Positions 18,531 to 29,495 of a DNA stretch of 64,000 nt are shown one piece after another. The notes beneath the pieces were generated by a model, which worked only from the letters and a program-made list of their open reading frames with translations, had not been told where the DNA came from and made no database searches. Position 1 is the stretch's first letter. Each line of letters opens with the position of its first letter. The translations under genes were made by a program, and so were the position numbers. This DNA is from Selenomonadales bacterium. Lineage in GTDB: Bacteria; Bacillota; UBA994. Location: the NCBI GenBank assembly GCA_018335585.1, contig JAGXRZ010000040.1, positions 23,906 through 87,905 on the forward strand, given 5' to 3'.

Positions 18531-20754
18531 GACTTACCTTAGTCTGCAGGACGAAAACGCCGCGCGCAGCATGGGGCTTAAGCCGCGTGAGTGGGAGCTT
18601 GTGCTTAAGCACCTCAGCCGTACGCCTAACCTCACGGAGCTTGGCATGTTTGCCGTCATGTGGAGCGAGCACTGCAGCTACAAACACAGCAAGCTCGCCC
18701 TGCGCCAGTTTCCCACCACCGGCCCGCGCGTCCTGGTGGGGCCGGGAGAAAACGCTGGCGTAGTAGACATTGGCGACGGCCAAGCGGTAGTGTTTAAAAT
18801 CGAGAGCCATAACCACCCCTCCGCCATCGAGCCCTACCAAGGCGCGGCTACAGGCGTAGGCGGTATAGTGCGGGACGTCTTCGCCATGGGGGCGAGGCCA
18901 ATCGCGCTCCTTAACAGCTTGCGCTTTGGGGAGCTTAGCTCGCCGCATCAGCGCTACTTGTTCGCCAGCGTAGTAGCAGGCATTGCGGGCTACGGCAACT
19001 GCTTAGGCATTCCCACTGTCGGCGGCGAGGTCTACTTTAACCAAAGCTACACCGGCAACTGCCTGGTTAATGCCATGTGCGTGGGTACCATTGCGCACGA
19101 CAAACTCGCGCGCGGCAAGGCGGCCGGTCTTGGCAACCGCGTGCTGCTAGTCGGCGCGCTTACCGGACGCGACGGCATTCATGGGGCTACCTTTGCCTCA
19201 GAGGAGCTGTCCGAGCGCTCGAACGAGAAGCGGCCGATGGTGCAGGTAGGCGACCCCTTTATGGAAAAGCTGCTTATTGAGGCTTGCCTGGAGCTTATCG
19301 ACAAGAAAGCTATCGTCGGCATGCAAGACCTTGGCGCGGCGGGCCTGACTTCCGCCAGCAGCGAGATGGCGGCGCGGGCCGGTACGGGTGTAGACATTGA
19401 CGTGTCTCGCGTGCCGCGCCGCGAAACCGGCATGAACCCCTATGAAGTCATGCTTTCCGAATCACAGGAGCGCATGTTGCTCGTAGTCGAACCTGAGCGC
19501 GTGAGCGGGGTCTTAGAAATTTGCCGACACTGGGGACTAGCAGCCACCGACATTGGCGAGGTAACCGACACAGGCCTCGTGCGTGTGTTTGACGGCAGCG
19601 AATTAGTGGCCGAGGTGCCGGCTAAAGCTCTAGCCTCTTTAGGGCCGATATATAACCCGGCGGCGACCGAGCCGCCATGGCAAAGAGATGCGCAAACACT
19701 TGACCTAGACTCTCTGCCGTTGCCAAGCGACTACGGGCAGGTGCTAAAGTCTCTACTGGCGTCACCTAACATCGCCAGCAAAGAGTGGGTTTATCGGCAG
19801 TACGACCATATGGTGCGGGGAGACACGGTAGTATTGCCCGGCTCGGACGCGGCAGTGCTCCGCATTAAGGGGACTAAGAAGGGCCTAGCCATGACGGTCG
19901 ACTGCAACAGCCGCTACGTCTATCTAGACCCGTATCGCGGCGGGGCTATCGCGGTAGCCGAGGCTGCCCGCAACCTAGCGGTGAGCGGTGCGGAGCCCTT
20001 AGCGGTCACTAACTGCCTTAACTTTGGCAACCCAGAGCGGCCGGAGATTTTCTACCAGTTTACACAGGCCATCGCCGGCATGGCGGCAGCGTGTCAGGCA
20101 CTAGGCACGCCGGTTACCGGCGGCAACGTCAGCCTCTACAACGAAACAAGCGGTAAAGCCGTTTATCCCACGCCGACGGTAGGCATGGTCGGGCTGCTGT
20201 CGGATATTAGCTCGCGCGTGACGCTCTCCTTTAAGCAAGCGGGCGATGTCGTGCTCCTCCTCGGCACAACCGAGGAAGAGCTTGGGGGGAGCGAGTACCT
20301 AAAGGTTATGCACGACCGCGAGTGCGGCTCGCCGCCGGCACTCGACTTCGCGCGTGAGCGCGCGCTGCAAGGGCTCTTGCTGGCCGCGGCTTCGGCTAAG
20401 CTCTTGTCTTCGGCCCACGACTGTGCGGAAGGCGGCTTAGCAGTGGCCTTGTGCGAGTCAGCCTTCCCGCTCGGGTTAGGCGCGGAAGTCACTATCCCCA
20501 ATGAGCGCGGCCTGCGCCTAGACGCACTGCTGTTCGGAGAGTCGCAGTCGCGAGTCGTTGTAACAACGAAAGCCGACTCCCTGCCCGCGCTCGCGGCGTT
20601 ATGCAGCGAGTATGGCGTCCCCTGCACCGAATTAGGACGAGTGAACCGCGGTTCGCTGGTCATTCGCGTAGAGGAGAGCACCCTGATTGACCTGCCCGTA
20701 GCAGATTTAGCGCAAAGTTGGAGGGACGCTATCCCATGCCTTATGTCGCAGTAG
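18523..20754 (+). CDS. purL: FGAM synthase large subunit PurL
   Basis: ~743 aa AIR-synthase-related duplication typical of small-type PurL; GGGAGGAG RBS before ATG 18523 (ORF opens at 18475). Confidence 0.9.
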   Translation: MLKTYLSLQDENAARSMGLKPREWELVLKHLSRTPNLTELGMFAVMWSEHCSYKHSKLALRQFPTTGPRVLVGPGENAGVVDIGDGQAVVFKIESHNHPSAIEPYQGAATGVGGIVRDVFAMGARPIALLNSLRFGELSSPHQRYLFASVVAGIAGYGNCLGIPTVGGEVYFNQSYTGNCLVNAMCVGTIAHDKLARGKAAGLGNRVLLVGALTGRDGIHGATFASEELSERSNEKRPMVQVGDPFMEKLLIEACLELIDKKAIVGMQDLGAAGLTSASSEMAARAGTGVDIDVSRVPRRETGMNPYEVMLSESQERMLLVVEPERVSGVLEICRHWGLAATDIGEVTDTGLVRVFDGSELVAEVPAKALASLGPIYNPAATEPPWQRDAQTLDLDSLPLPSDYGQVLKSLLASPNIASKEWVYRQYDHMVRGDTVVLPGSDAAVLRIKGTKKGLAMTVDCNSRYVYLDPYRGGAIAVAEAARNLAVSGAEPLAVTNCLNFGNPERPEIFYQFTQAIAGMAAACQALGTPVTGGNVSLYNETSGKAVYPTPTVGMVGLLSDISSRVTLSFKQAGDVVLLLGTTEEELGGSEYLKVMHDRECGSPPALDFARERALQGLLLAAASAKLLSSAHDCAEGGLAVALCESAFPLGLGAEVTIPNERGLRLDALLFGESQSRVVVTTKADSLPALAALCSEYGVPCTELGRVNRGSLVIRVEESTLIDLPVADLAQSWRDAIPCLMSQ

Positions 20755-22184
20755 ACGGTAAGCTCAGGGAAGAGTGCGGTGTGCTCGGCCTCTATGGGCA
20801 TGGTCTAGACGTGGCCCGGTTAGGATACTTTGGCCTGTTCGCCCTACAGCACCGCGGGCAGGAAAGCGCCGGCCTCGCGGTGATAAACGGCAAAGAAATT
20901 AAGACCCACCGAGGACTTGGCTTAGTGGCGGATGTCTTCACAGAAGACGATGTCGCCGCTTTGGGGGATGTAGGGGCACATATGGCCGTCGGCCATGTGC
21001 GTTACTCCACCGCAGGGGGCGGCGGCTTAGCTAACAGCCAGCCGCTAGTAGCCAGTCACCTGCGCGGACACATTGCGCTTGCACACAACGGCAACCTCGT
21101 TAACAATGACCAACTGCGCGAGGAGCTTGAGGGTCAGGGAGCCATATTTCACACCACCAGCGACACGGAAGTTATTCTTAGCCTAATGGCGCGCTACCGC
21201 CAAAGCGGCAACGAAAACGCGCTGCTGCAATCACTCACCCATGTACAGGGGGCTTATAGCCTAGTGCTCGGCACGGAGACGGAGCTGATTGGCGTGCGCG
21301 ACCCGCATGGCTTTCGTCCCTTGGCCTTAGGACGGTTAGGGCCGGCGGGCTATGTACTGGCTTCGGAGAGTGCCGCGATTGACGCCATAGGCGGCGAGTT
21401 TGTGCGCGATATTCGCCCCGGCGAAATCGTGGTTATCGACCAAAGTGGCGTGCGCTTCCGCCGCTTTAGCGACAGCGCTGTTTCGGCCTGCATCTTTGAG
21501 TACATTTACTTCGCCCGAAACGACAGCACTATCGACGGCCTAAACGTCTATCGCGCGCGAGAAGCTTTAGGGCTCTGCCTAAGCCAGGAACATCCGGTAG
21601 CGGCCGATGTCGTAATCCCCGTGCCCGACTCCGGCACTCCGGCAGCACTAGGCTATGCCAGAGGGGCAAACCTTCCTTTCGCGGAAGGCTTGGTGAAAAA
21701 CCGCTATGTCGGACGCACGTTTATTGAGCCGGGGCAGGCGTTGCGTGAGCTTAAAGTTAGGCTCAAACTTACGGCCAACACCGAAGTAATTGCCGGTAAG
21801 CGCGTAATCATGGTCGACGATTCCATTGTGCGCGGCACCACCACGCAAATCCTAGTAAAGATGCTGCGGCAAGCCGGGGCCAGTGAAGTACATGTGCGCA
21901 TAAGCTGTCCGCCTTACTTGAGCCCCTGCTACTTTGGTATAGACACACCCTCTAGCGCCGAGCTCGTGGCGGCGCGCTGTAACGTCGACGAAATGTGTGC
22001 GTTGCTCGGTGCCGACAGCCTTGGGTTCTTAAGCCTCGCGGGGACGCTCTCCGCCCTGGCGACCAGAGAGACGCCCGCTTGCGTCAGTTGTTTTACCGGG
22101 GTCTATCCCATGCCCATTTTGAAAGTAAAGCAGGGGGCGCCAAAGCCAGACCAAAGAGAGGAGTGGGGTGACGTGCGTGGGTAA
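20736..22184 (+). CDS. purF: Amidophosphoribosyltransferase PurF (with N-terminal propeptide)
   Basis: [10 protein letters not shown] Ntn-hydrolase catalytic Cys after a ~13-aa propeptide; PRT domain downstream; GGAGGGA RBS before ATG 20736. Confidence 0.9.
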   Translation: MPYVAVDGKLREECGVLGLYGHGLDVARLGYFGLFALQHRGQESAGLAVINGKEIKTHRGLGLVADVFTEDDVAALGDVGAHMAVGHVRYSTAGGGGLANSQPLVASHLRGHIALAHNGNLVNNDQLREELEGQGAIFHTTSDTEVILSLMARYRQSGNENALLQSLTHVQGAYSLVLGTETELIGVRDPHGFRPLALGRLGPAGYVLASESAAIDAIGGEFVRDIRPGEIVVIDQSGVRFRRFSDSAVSACIFEYIYFARNDSTIDGLNVYRAREALGLCLSQEHPVAADVVIPVPDSGTPAALGYARGANLPFAEGLVKNRYVGRTFIEPGQALRELKVRLKLTANTEVIAGKRVIMVDDSIVRGTTTQILVKMLRQAGASEVHVRISCPPYLSPCYFGIDTPSSAELVAARCNVDEMCALLGADSLGFLSLAGTLSALATRETPACVSCFTGVYPMPILKVKQGAPKPDQREEWGDVRG

Positions 22185-23223
22185 GGAAGTAGGGGGCAGG
22201 GGAGCGGGTCTCACGTACCGCGACGCAGGCGTAGATGTCGCAGCCGGTCATCAAGCGGTTGACCTTATGCGGGCGCACGTGCGCTCTACCTTTCGCCGCG
22301 AGGTGCTGGGGGATATCGGCGGTTTCGGCGGGCTGTTTGCCTTAGGCAAGTACGAGGAGCCGGTCTTAGTGTCCGGCACGGACGGCGTCGGCAGCAAGCT
22401 TAAGGTAGCCTTTATGCTTGGGCGTCACAACACAGTCGGCATCGACCTCGTAGCCATGTCGGCCAACGACATCTTGGTCTCAGGTGCAGAGCCGCTGTTT
22501 TTCCTCGACTACATCGGCATTGCCCGCTTAGACCCCATTTTGGTGGCCGAGATTGTGGCCGGCGTTGCCGCAGGCTGCCAAGCCGCGGGGTGCGCGCTTA
22601 TAGGCGGCGAAACAGCCGAACTGCCAGACCTCTACAGCGCGGGCGAGTACGACCTAGCCGGGTTTGCCGTAGGTGTAGCGGAGAAAAAGCGTCTTATCGA
22701 CGGTAAAACAATTAGCTGTGGCGATATGCTGCTTGGGCTTGCGTCTAGCGGACTGCATAGCAACGGCTATTCGCTGGCGCGCAAACTAGTATTCGAAGTC
22801 GGCGGGTTTACCTGTGCCGATGTGCCGCCGGCACTAGGCGTAGCAGTCGGGGAAGAACTGCTCCGTCCGACGCGCATCTATGTGCGACCCGTACTGCCGC
22901 TAGTACGGCTAGGCTTAGTTAAAGGCATGGCCCACATTACAGGCGGCGGGTTTATCGACAATATTCCGCGCATGCTCCCCGCCGGTCTTGGCGTGGAAGT
23001 AACGCGCGGGAGCTGGCCTGTTTTGCCCGTTTTTGGCTGGCTCCAAGAACTTGGTCAGGTAGCCGAGAGCGAAATGTACCGCACGTTTAATATGGGAATT
23101 GGCTTTGTGCTCTTTGTGGCCGCAACAGACGTAGCCGCAGTACGCGAGCGGCTTGCAGGCTTTGGCGAAGAAAGCTATGTCATAGGGAAAGTAATCGCGG
23201 GTGAGGGGGTTTCGCTTGTCTGA
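22168..23223 (+). CDS. purM: AIR synthetase PurM
   Basis: 351 aa; YRDAGVDV N-terminal motif and PurM fold. Confidence 0.9.
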   Translation: MTCVGKEVGGRGAGLTYRDAGVDVAAGHQAVDLMRAHVRSTFRREVLGDIGGFGGLFALGKYEEPVLVSGTDGVGSKLKVAFMLGRHNTVGIDLVAMSANDILVSGAEPLFFLDYIGIARLDPILVAEIVAGVAAGCQAAGCALIGGETAELPDLYSAGEYDLAGFAVGVAEKKRLIDGKTISCGDMLLGLASSGLHSNGYSLARKLVFEVGGFTCADVPPALGVAVGEELLRPTRIYVRPVLPLVRLGLVKGMAHITGGGFIDNIPRMLPAGLGVEVTRGSWPVLPVFGWLQELGQVAESEMYRTFNMGIGFVLFVAATDVAAVRERLAGFGEESYVIGKVIAGEGVSLV

Positions 23224-23224
23224 T

Positions 23225-23920
23225 GTGACACAACACTTCCCCAAGCGACAAGCGACAAGCGACAAGCGACATACGCCAAGCGACAAGCGACATCCCCCCC
23301 CCTTACGCCTTGCCGTCCTAGTCTCAGGCGGCGGAACTACTTTGCAGGGGCTAATAGACGCCATAGCGGCAGGCTCGCTCGGCGCGGAAATCGCCTTGGT
23401 CGTCAGTTCGCGGCGCGATGCTTTCGCCCTTGAGCGCGCGCGCCGCTCCGACATTCCTACCTGCGTACTTAGCAGGCGCGCTTTCACAACGCCCGAGCAA
23501 CACGATGCGGCCCTCGCCGGGCTACTGCAGCAACACCAAGTTGACCTCGTCGTCTTAGCGGGCTACTTGCTGCCCATAGGCCAAGCGACGCTAAGTGCGT
23601 TCCCGGGGCGGATTATAAACATTCATCCCAGTCTCCTGCCCGCCTTTGGCGGACGGGGATATTACGGGTCACGCGTACATACCGAAGTTCTGGAGCACGG
23701 CTGTAAGATTACCGGGGCTACCGTGCACTTTGTGGAGGCCGAGCTCGACACAGGACCCATAATTTTGCAGGGAGCCGTAGAAATAGAGGACGACGACACG
23801 AGCGAGTCGCTCGCAGCTAAGGTAGGAGAACTCGAGCGCGAGCTGTACCCAAGAGCCATTCAACTTTTTGCCGACGGCAAGCTCCGGCAAGTCGGGCGCA
23901 GGGTAACGATTCTAAAGTGA
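23225..23920 (+). CDS. purN: GAR formyltransferase PurN, with repeat-encoded N-terminal extension
   Basis: Conserved PurN core starts at LRLAVLVSGGG (~23303) and contains the HPSLLP motif. The only in-frame starts (GTG 23201, TTG 23216, GTG 23225) lie upstream of the heptamer array. ~26 extra residues (TQHFPKRQATSDKRHTPSDKRHPPP) are therefore translated from the CAAGCGA repeats and a C9 tract. Confidence 0.8.
   Translation: MTQHFPKRQATSDKRHTPSDKRHPPPLRLAVLVSGGGTTLQGLIDAIAAGSLGAEIALVVSSRRDAFALERARRSDIPTCVLSRRAFTTPEQHDAALAGLLQQHQVDLVVLAGYLLPIGQATLSAFPGRIINIHPSLLPAFGGRGYYGSRVHTEVLEHGCKITGATVHFVEAELDTGPIILQGAVEIEDDDTSESLAAKVGELERELYPRAIQLFADGKLRQVGRRVTILK
23242..23302. repeat. Heptamer tandem-repeat locus D: [CAAGCGA]x4, catacgc, [CAAGCGA]x2, then cat+C9, inside the purN 5' coding region
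   Basis: Copy number taken from the ORF-track translation (KRQATSDKRHTPSDKRHPPP), which requires four plus two units followed by nine C. Confidence 0.8.
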
Positions 23921-23929
23921 GGTGGAAGT

Positions 23930-25468
23930 ATGCAGCCTAGACGTGCACTGCTAAGTGTCTGGGATAAGACAGATTTAGTGCCTTTTGCGCGTGGTCTTAT
24001 GGACTTAGGATTTACCATCCTTTCTACCGGCAAGACGGCGGAGCATTTGCGGCAAGCGGGCGTTCTGGTAACCGACGTCGAGCAGGTGACAGGCTTCCCG
24101 TCCATGATGAGTGGGCGAGTCAAGACTTTGCACCCCAGTATTCACGGCGGAATTCTGCTCCGCCGCGACCACGCCGAAGATGTCGCGCAGGCGGCGAGCC
24201 TCGGCATTCTTCCCATCGACTTAGTTTGCGTTAACCTCTACCCCTTTCAGGCGACGATTAGGCGACAGCATACATTAGAAGACGCTATCGAGAATATCGA
24301 CATCGGCGGGCCGACGCTTATTCGCGCCGCGGCTAAGAACCAGGCCTTCGTGACTACAGTGACTAATCCCAGGCAGTATGCAAATGTGCTTACCGAGCTT
24401 TGCGAACAAGGAGAAGTTAGCCCGGCATTACGCTCCACACTCGCTGCCGAGGCCTTCTTTCACACTGCCCATTACGATAGCACCATCAGCCTGTACTTCC
24501 ACCGCGCTTTCGAGCTGCCGAACTTCCCGCGGGAAATGGCGTTGCCGATGGAGCTGGCTCAAGAGCTTCGCTACGGCGAAAATCCCCACCAAAAAGGGGC
24601 CTACTATCGCCATCCCGGCGCAGGCGAAGGTTTGGCCGGTATGCGCCAACTACAGGGAAAAGAGCTTTCGTACTGCAACATTAACGACGTCAGCGCGGCG
24701 CTCGCAGTCTTAGGCGAGCTTGACCAACCGGCAGCTGTGGCCATTAAGCACGCTAATCCTTGCGGCGTAGCCGTAAGCCACTCGGCCGCCACCGCCTATG
24801 CCAAAGCCTACGCTGCGGATACAGTCTCTATCTTTGGCGGCATTGTCGCGCTAAACCGCGAAGTGGACTTAACTACTGCCGCGCTCCTTGGCGAGACATT
24901 TCTGGAGGTAGTCGTAGCACCTAAGTTTTCGTGCGAAGCGCGCGAGCACCTCGGCAAACGCAGGAACTTAAGGCTACTCGAAGTAAGTTTAAAGCAAGAA
25001 AAATCACGACTACCCGCGTGGGATGTGCGGCGCGTAGAGGGCGGGTATCTCGTGCAGACGCCCGACGCCACAGGGCCTAAGCGCAACTGGCGCGTCGTCA
25101 CTTCCGCCATGCCTACCGACAGTCAACTTGACGACCTCAAGCTAGCTTGGCAGGTAGTGCGGCACGTAAGCTCGAATGCGATTGTGTTGGTTAAAAATGG
25201 GGCTACGGTAGGTATAGGTGGGGGCCAAACCAACCGCATAGACGCCGCCACGCAGGCCATACAGCGCGCGGGCGAGCAGGCGCGCGGTGCGGTACTCGCC
25301 TCGGATGCCTTTTTCCCCATGCCGGATGTGTTAGAGCAGTGCGCTCTAGCAGGTGTTGCGGCCGTAATTCAGCCAGGCGGCTCCATTAGGGACAGCGATT
25401 CGCTTGCTGTAGCCGAGCGCGTAGGTATATGCATGATCTATACTGGGGAGAGACATTTTCGTCATTAA
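23930..25468 (+). CDS. purH: Bifunctional AICAR transformylase / IMP cyclohydrolase PurH
   Basis: 512 aa, N-terminal MGS-like IMPCH domain and C-terminal AICARFT domain; RBS GAGGTGGAAG. Confidence 0.9.
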   Translation: MQPRRALLSVWDKTDLVPFARGLMDLGFTILSTGKTAEHLRQAGVLVTDVEQVTGFPSMMSGRVKTLHPSIHGGILLRRDHAEDVAQAASLGILPIDLVCVNLYPFQATIRRQHTLEDAIENIDIGGPTLIRAAAKNQAFVTTVTNPRQYANVLTELCEQGEVSPALRSTLAAEAFFHTAHYDSTISLYFHRAFELPNFPREMALPMELAQELRYGENPHQKGAYYRHPGAGEGLAGMRQLQGKELSYCNINDVSAALAVLGELDQPAAVAIKHANPCGVAVSHSAATAYAKAYAADTVSIFGGIVALNREVDLTTAALLGETFLEVVVAPKFSCEAREHLGKRRNLRLLEVSLKQEKSRLPAWDVRRVEGGYLVQTPDATGPKRNWRVVTSAMPTDSQLDDLKLAWQVVRHVSSNAIVLVKNGATVGIGGGQTNRIDAATQAIQRAGEQARGAVLASDAFFPMPDVLEQCALAGVAAVIQPGGSIRDSDSLAVAERVGICMIYTGERHFRH

Positions 25469-25485
25469 CCGAGGGAGGGCTCTGT

Positions 25486-26733
25486 GTGCGGGTTTTACTT
25501 TTGGGGAACGGTGCGCGTGAACACGCCTTGGCCTGGAAGATAGCCGAAAGTCCTTTGCTTTCCGCGCTTTACACGGCGCCGGGGAACCCAGGCACGGCAC
25601 TTTTCGGCGAAAACATCGCCTGCGACATTTGCGACCCGGCCGCAGTTACCGCGCTGGTGCGGCAGTTAGAAGTAGACTTATTAGTCGTCGGAGGCGAAGC
25701 CCCGTTAGCGGCCGGCGTTGCCGATGCCGTCAGGCAAGGCTACCCCGCTTGTGTAGTGTTTGGCCCGGGTAAGCTCGGTGCCGAGCTCGAGTGGAGCAAA
25801 GCCTACGCTAAAGCCTTTATGCGGCGATACCACTTGCCGACGGCAGATTACCGCTGCTTTGCTAACGCCGCCAAAGCGCGTAAGTTTCTGGCCACAGCGC
25901 CGCTGCCCATCGTGGTAAAAGCAGACGGTTTGGCGCAAGGCAAGGGCGTAGTGATTGCTAAGACGCGCGAAGAAGCGCTAGCCGCGCCGGATGCCTTGCC
26001 GGCGGGAGGAAAAGTCATTGTCGAGGAATATCTCGTAGGGCGCGAGGCTTCGGTGTTTGTGCTTACCGACGGGCAGCGCTTTCACGTGCTGCCGCCCACA
26101 GAAGACCACAAACAGCTCGGCGACGGCGATACGGGCCCGAATACAGGCGGCATGGGGGCTTACGCTCCGGTGAGTTATTGGAATGAAGAGTTGCAGGCAG
26201 AGGTTGAAGAAATTGTTATGCAGATCATAGTAGGCCTCTGCGCTGAGGACAGGGACTATCGCGGCGTGATTTTCCTTGGGTTAATGATAACAGCCACCGG
26301 CATTAAGCTCCTGGAGTTTAACGCGCGTTTTGGCGACCCCGAGTGCCAAGTGCTGATGGCTAAGCTTGCTGACGACGTGTTGCCTTACTTGTACCAAGCG
26401 GCAAGCGGGAAATTACCACTTAGCCCTCCACAGTGGAGTCACGAGTACGTAGCCCTGGTGGTGGCCTGCGGGGCGGAGTACCCGGCGGCCCCGTCGCGCG
26501 GCGTGCCGATTACGGGCATCAGAGCGGCGGAGGCCTCAGGTTGTCTGATATTTCACGCCGGTACAGCGCGCGCGGGCGAGACGCTTGTCACCAACGGCGG
26601 ACGCATTCTTAATGTCGTGGGACGCGGCGAGACCCTAGCGTCCGCCCTCGCTAAAGCCTACAATGGAATTGGCGCGATTAGTTTTCCCGGCATGCACTAT
26701 CGGCGAGATATTGGCAGACGAAAGGAAGCGTGA
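25486..26733 (+). CDS. purD: Phosphoribosylamine--glycine ligase PurD
   Basis: ATP-grasp enzyme with VRVLLLGNGAREHALAWK N-terminus; GAGGGAGGG RBS 6 nt before GTG 25486 (ORF opens at 25429 inside purH). Confidence 0.9.
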   Translation: MRVLLLGNGAREHALAWKIAESPLLSALYTAPGNPGTALFGENIACDICDPAAVTALVRQLEVDLLVVGGEAPLAAGVADAVRQGYPACVVFGPGKLGAELEWSKAYAKAFMRRYHLPTADYRCFANAAKARKFLATAPLPIVVKADGLAQGKGVVIAKTREEALAAPDALPAGGKVIVEEYLVGREASVFVLTDGQRFHVLPPTEDHKQLGDGDTGPNTGGMGAYAPVSYWNEELQAEVEEIVMQIIVGLCAEDRDYRGVIFLGLMITATGIKLLEFNARFGDPECQVLMAKLADDVLPYLYQAASGKLPLSPPQWSHEYVALVVACGAEYPAAPSRGVPITGIRAAEASGCLIFHAGTARAGETLVTNGGRILNVVGRGETLASALAKAYNGIGAISFPGMHYRRDIGRRKEA

Positions 26734-26737
26734 GTAC

Positions 26738-27229
26738 ATGCAAACGCTAGTTGCCGTGATTATGGGCAGTACCTCAGACTGGCCGATTATGCAGGAAGCT
26801 TGCCGCATTTTGCGCGAGCTAGAGGTACCTTACTTAGCTAAAGTCGTCTCTGCCCACCGCACGCCGGAACTGATGGCCGATTTTGGCCGCGCGGCTGTCG
26901 CGCAGGGACTCCGCGTGATTATTGCCGGAGCGGGCGGCGCCGCACACTTGCCGGGCATGGTAGCAAGCCACACAGTGTTGCCCGTTATCGGGGTGCCTAT
27001 CCCGACCGAGCATTTGCGCGGGCTAGACTCGCTGCTCTCGATTGTACAAATGCCGGCCGGAGTCACCGTAGCCACGGTAGCCGTAGGCACAGCCGGGGCG
27101 AAAAATGCGGCGCTCTTGGCCTGCCAGATACTAGCCCTTTCGGACACGCACCTTCGTGATAAGCTCACGGCGCGGCGAGCGACGGCGCGCGAACAAGTCA
27201 TGGCGACAGAGCTGGAGCTCCTGCCATGA
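26738..27229 (+). CDS. purE: N5-CAIR mutase PurE
   Basis: MQTLVAVIMGSTSDW..., AGGAAHLPG motif; AAAGGAAG RBS before ATG 26738 (ORF opens at 26663 inside purD). Confidence 0.9.
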   Translation: MQTLVAVIMGSTSDWPIMQEACRILRELEVPYLAKVVSAHRTPELMADFGRAAVAQGLRVIIAGAGGAAHLPGMVASHTVLPVIGVPIPTEHLRGLDSLLSIVQMPAGVTVATVAVGTAGAKNAALLACQILALSDTHLRDKLTARRATAREQVMATELELLP

Positions 27230-28359
27230 CTAAACCAAACTCGTCCGCCGCTCTGCGCACAATCCTACCCGGGGGAACCATCGGTATCCTTGGCGGCGGT
27301 CAACTGGGGCGTATGACGGCCATGGCCGCTAAGCAAATGGGTTACCGGGTGGTCTGTTTAGACCCGCAGCCAAACTCCCCCTGCGGGCAGGTCTGTGACG
27401 CCCAGATTCAAGGGTCGTTTGACGATTACACCGCGGCGCGCGCACTGGCGAAGCAGTCCGACGTCTGTGTGTATGAATTTGAGAATATCAATGCTGATGT
27501 AGTGGCAGAGCTAGAGCGAGAGTTTAACGTGCCGCAGGGAAGTTTCCTGTTGCGCGTGACGCAAAACCGCATCAGCGAGAAAGCGCACCTCCGAGAACAG
27601 GGCTTCCCCGTGGTGCCTTATCGCGTGGTTGACGGCCGCGCGGAATTAGCGGCGGCGGCAGAGGAGTTAAAGTACCCGGTCGTGCTTAAGTCTGCTACCG
27701 GCGGCTACGACGGCAAGGGCCAAGCGGTGCTTAGGTCGCCGGCTGACTTAGGAAACGTTACTATCAGCGGCCTCCAGGTGCTAGAAAAGTTCTTGACGTT
27801 AACGGGTGAGGTTTCTGTCGTCGTGGCGCGACGTAGAGATGGTGAAACCGCAGCCTTTCCGGTTGGGGAGAATGTGCATCGCCACAATATCTTACATACT
27901 ACCGTCGTTCCTGCCCGTTTAAGCCAAGCATTGCAGGCCCAAGCCACCGAACTGGCCATAGGCATTGCCGAGTCGCTCGGTGTAGTTGGGCTCCTGGCAG
28001 TAGAGATGTTTCTTACGCCGGAAGGCATTATCGTAAACGAGCTCGCGCCGCGCCCCCATAACTCCGGCCACTACACCCTCGGCGCCTGCGAGACCTCGCA
28101 GTTTGAGCAGTTTGTGCGTGCGGTGTGTAACCTGCCGCTAGGCCCTACAACTCTCCTCTACCCCGCGGTGATGGTCAACATCTTAGGCGAGCATATGGCT
28201 GGTCTTATGACCCAGTTCGCTACACTCCCCCCAAACGTCAAAGTCCACCTTTACGGCAAAAGCGGTACACCTGTCCCGCGACGCAAGATGGGGCATCTGT
28301 TGATTAGGACTGACACTCCAGACCAGACAACCGCTTGGGCGGAAGAGGTGTTAGTCTAA
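27226..28359 (+). CDS. purK: N5-CAIR synthetase PurK
   Basis: 377 aa ATP-grasp protein; overlaps purE stop. Confidence 0.9.
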   Translation: MTKPNSSAALRTILPGGTIGILGGGQLGRMTAMAAKQMGYRVVCLDPQPNSPCGQVCDAQIQGSFDDYTAARALAKQSDVCVYEFENINADVVAELEREFNVPQGSFLLRVTQNRISEKAHLREQGFPVVPYRVVDGRAELAAAAEELKYPVVLKSATGGYDGKGQAVLRSPADLGNVTISGLQVLEKFLTLTGEVSVVVARRRDGETAAFPVGENVHRHNILHTTVVPARLSQALQAQATELAIGIAESLGVVGLLAVEMFLTPEGIIVNELAPRPHNSGHYTLGACETSQFEQFVRAVCNLPLGPTTLLYPAVMVNILGEHMAGLMTQFATLPPNVKVHLYGKSGTPVPRRKMGHLLIRTDTPDQTTAWAEEVLV

Positions 28360-28370
28360 AACACAAAACT

Positions 28371-28399
28371 TTGACATAGGTAAAAAAGAGCAGTATAAT
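28371..28399 (+). promoter_or_regulatory. Consensus sigma-A promoter TTGACA-17-TATAAT driving fic
   Basis: ttgaca taggtaaaaaagagcag tataat, 25 nt upstream of the fic start, immediately after the purK stop. Confidence 0.65.
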
Positions 28400-28423
28400 A
28401 CCTACGTTGAGGAGGTGTGGGTC

Positions 28424-29494
28424 GTGAACGAGCCAAAATTACCTATGTTGCCGCCTCGTGCCGATCTGGAAAGCAGGGCGGCACTTAAGCAGTTGGCCAG
28501 GGCTAACCGCGCTTTAGCTGAACTAAAAGGTTATGCGAGTACGATTCCTAATCAACATATGTTGATTAATGCGGTCATGATTAAGGAGGCCAAGGATAGT
28601 TCAGCTATCGAAAACATAATAACTACACACGACGACCTCTATCGGGCGATGAGTAACGCTGGTAAAGCGAGTATCGCCGCTAAGGAAGTCGTCAGCTATA
28701 GGGAAGCCTTATGGCATGGCTATCAATCGGTCAGAGCAAGGCAAGTGCTCACAACCTCGATGATCATCGAAATCCAAGAAATGATAGAGAAGAATACTGC
28801 TGGTTTAAGGAAGTTGCCTGGAACAGTCTTGCGCAACGAAGCTACTGGTGAGATCGTTTATACTCCACCATCTACCGAGCACGACATTAAACAACTACTG
28901 GCAAATCTAGAGACATACATCAATGAAGACGACGATGATGTAGATCATCTGATTAAGCTCGCGGTCCTGCATTACCAATTTGAAGTTATCCATCCTTTTT
29001 ATGATGGCAATGGGCGCACCGGCAGGATAGTCAACGTCCTGTATCTAGTCTTGAAAGGCCTGCTTGAGAGCCCGGTACTCTATCTGAGTAGTTTTATTAT
29101 CAGGAACAAGCCTGCCTATTACCGTCTGTTACAGGAAGTGCGCACGCATGACAACTGGGAAGAATGGATTCTATACATTCTGACTGGCATAGAACAGACT
29201 GCTGCGGAGACCTTGTTCTTGATAAGAAAGATCAATCAAGAAGCAGAAGCAATGAGCGCAGAGATTCAGGCTAGGCTGCCCAAGATATATTCACAAGAAC
29301 TGATGAGTCTGCTTTTCTATGAGTTCTATACTAAGACCCACTATATAGAGAAGGGCTTGGCGGTAACCAGAAAGACAGCCGTTAGCTACCTATCAGCGTT
29401 AGAGAGGGAAGGCTTTTTGAGCTCAGAAAGAATCGGCAAAGAGCGCATCTACCTCAACCGGAGACTCTACGATTTGGTGAGGGCGGGGCAATAA
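28424..29494 (+). CDS. fic: Fic/Doc family protein, class II (N-terminal inhibitory helix), C-terminal winged HTH
   Basis: Canonical HPFYDGNGRTGR Fic motif; SSAIEN matches the [ST]xxxE[GN] inhibitory motif N-terminal of the Fic core; gene is visibly AT-richer than its flanks; GAGGAGG RBS 8 nt before GTG 28424. Confidence 0.85.
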   Translation: MNEPKLPMLPPRADLESRAALKQLARANRALAELKGYASTIPNQHMLINAVMIKEAKDSSAIENIITTHDDLYRAMSNAGKASIAAKEVVSYREALWHGYQSVRARQVLTTSMIIEIQEMIEKNTAGLRKLPGTVLRNEATGEIVYTPPSTEHDIKQLLANLETYINEDDDDVDHLIKLAVLHYQFEVIHPFYDGNGRTGRIVNVLYLVLKGLLESPVLYLSSFIIRNKPAYYRLLQEVRTHDNWEEWILYILTGIEQTAAETLFLIRKINQEAEAMSAEIQARLPKIYSQELMSLLFYEFYTKTHYIEKGLAVTRKTAVSYLSALEREGFLSSERIGKERIYLNRRLYDLVRAGQ

Positions 29495-29495
29495 G

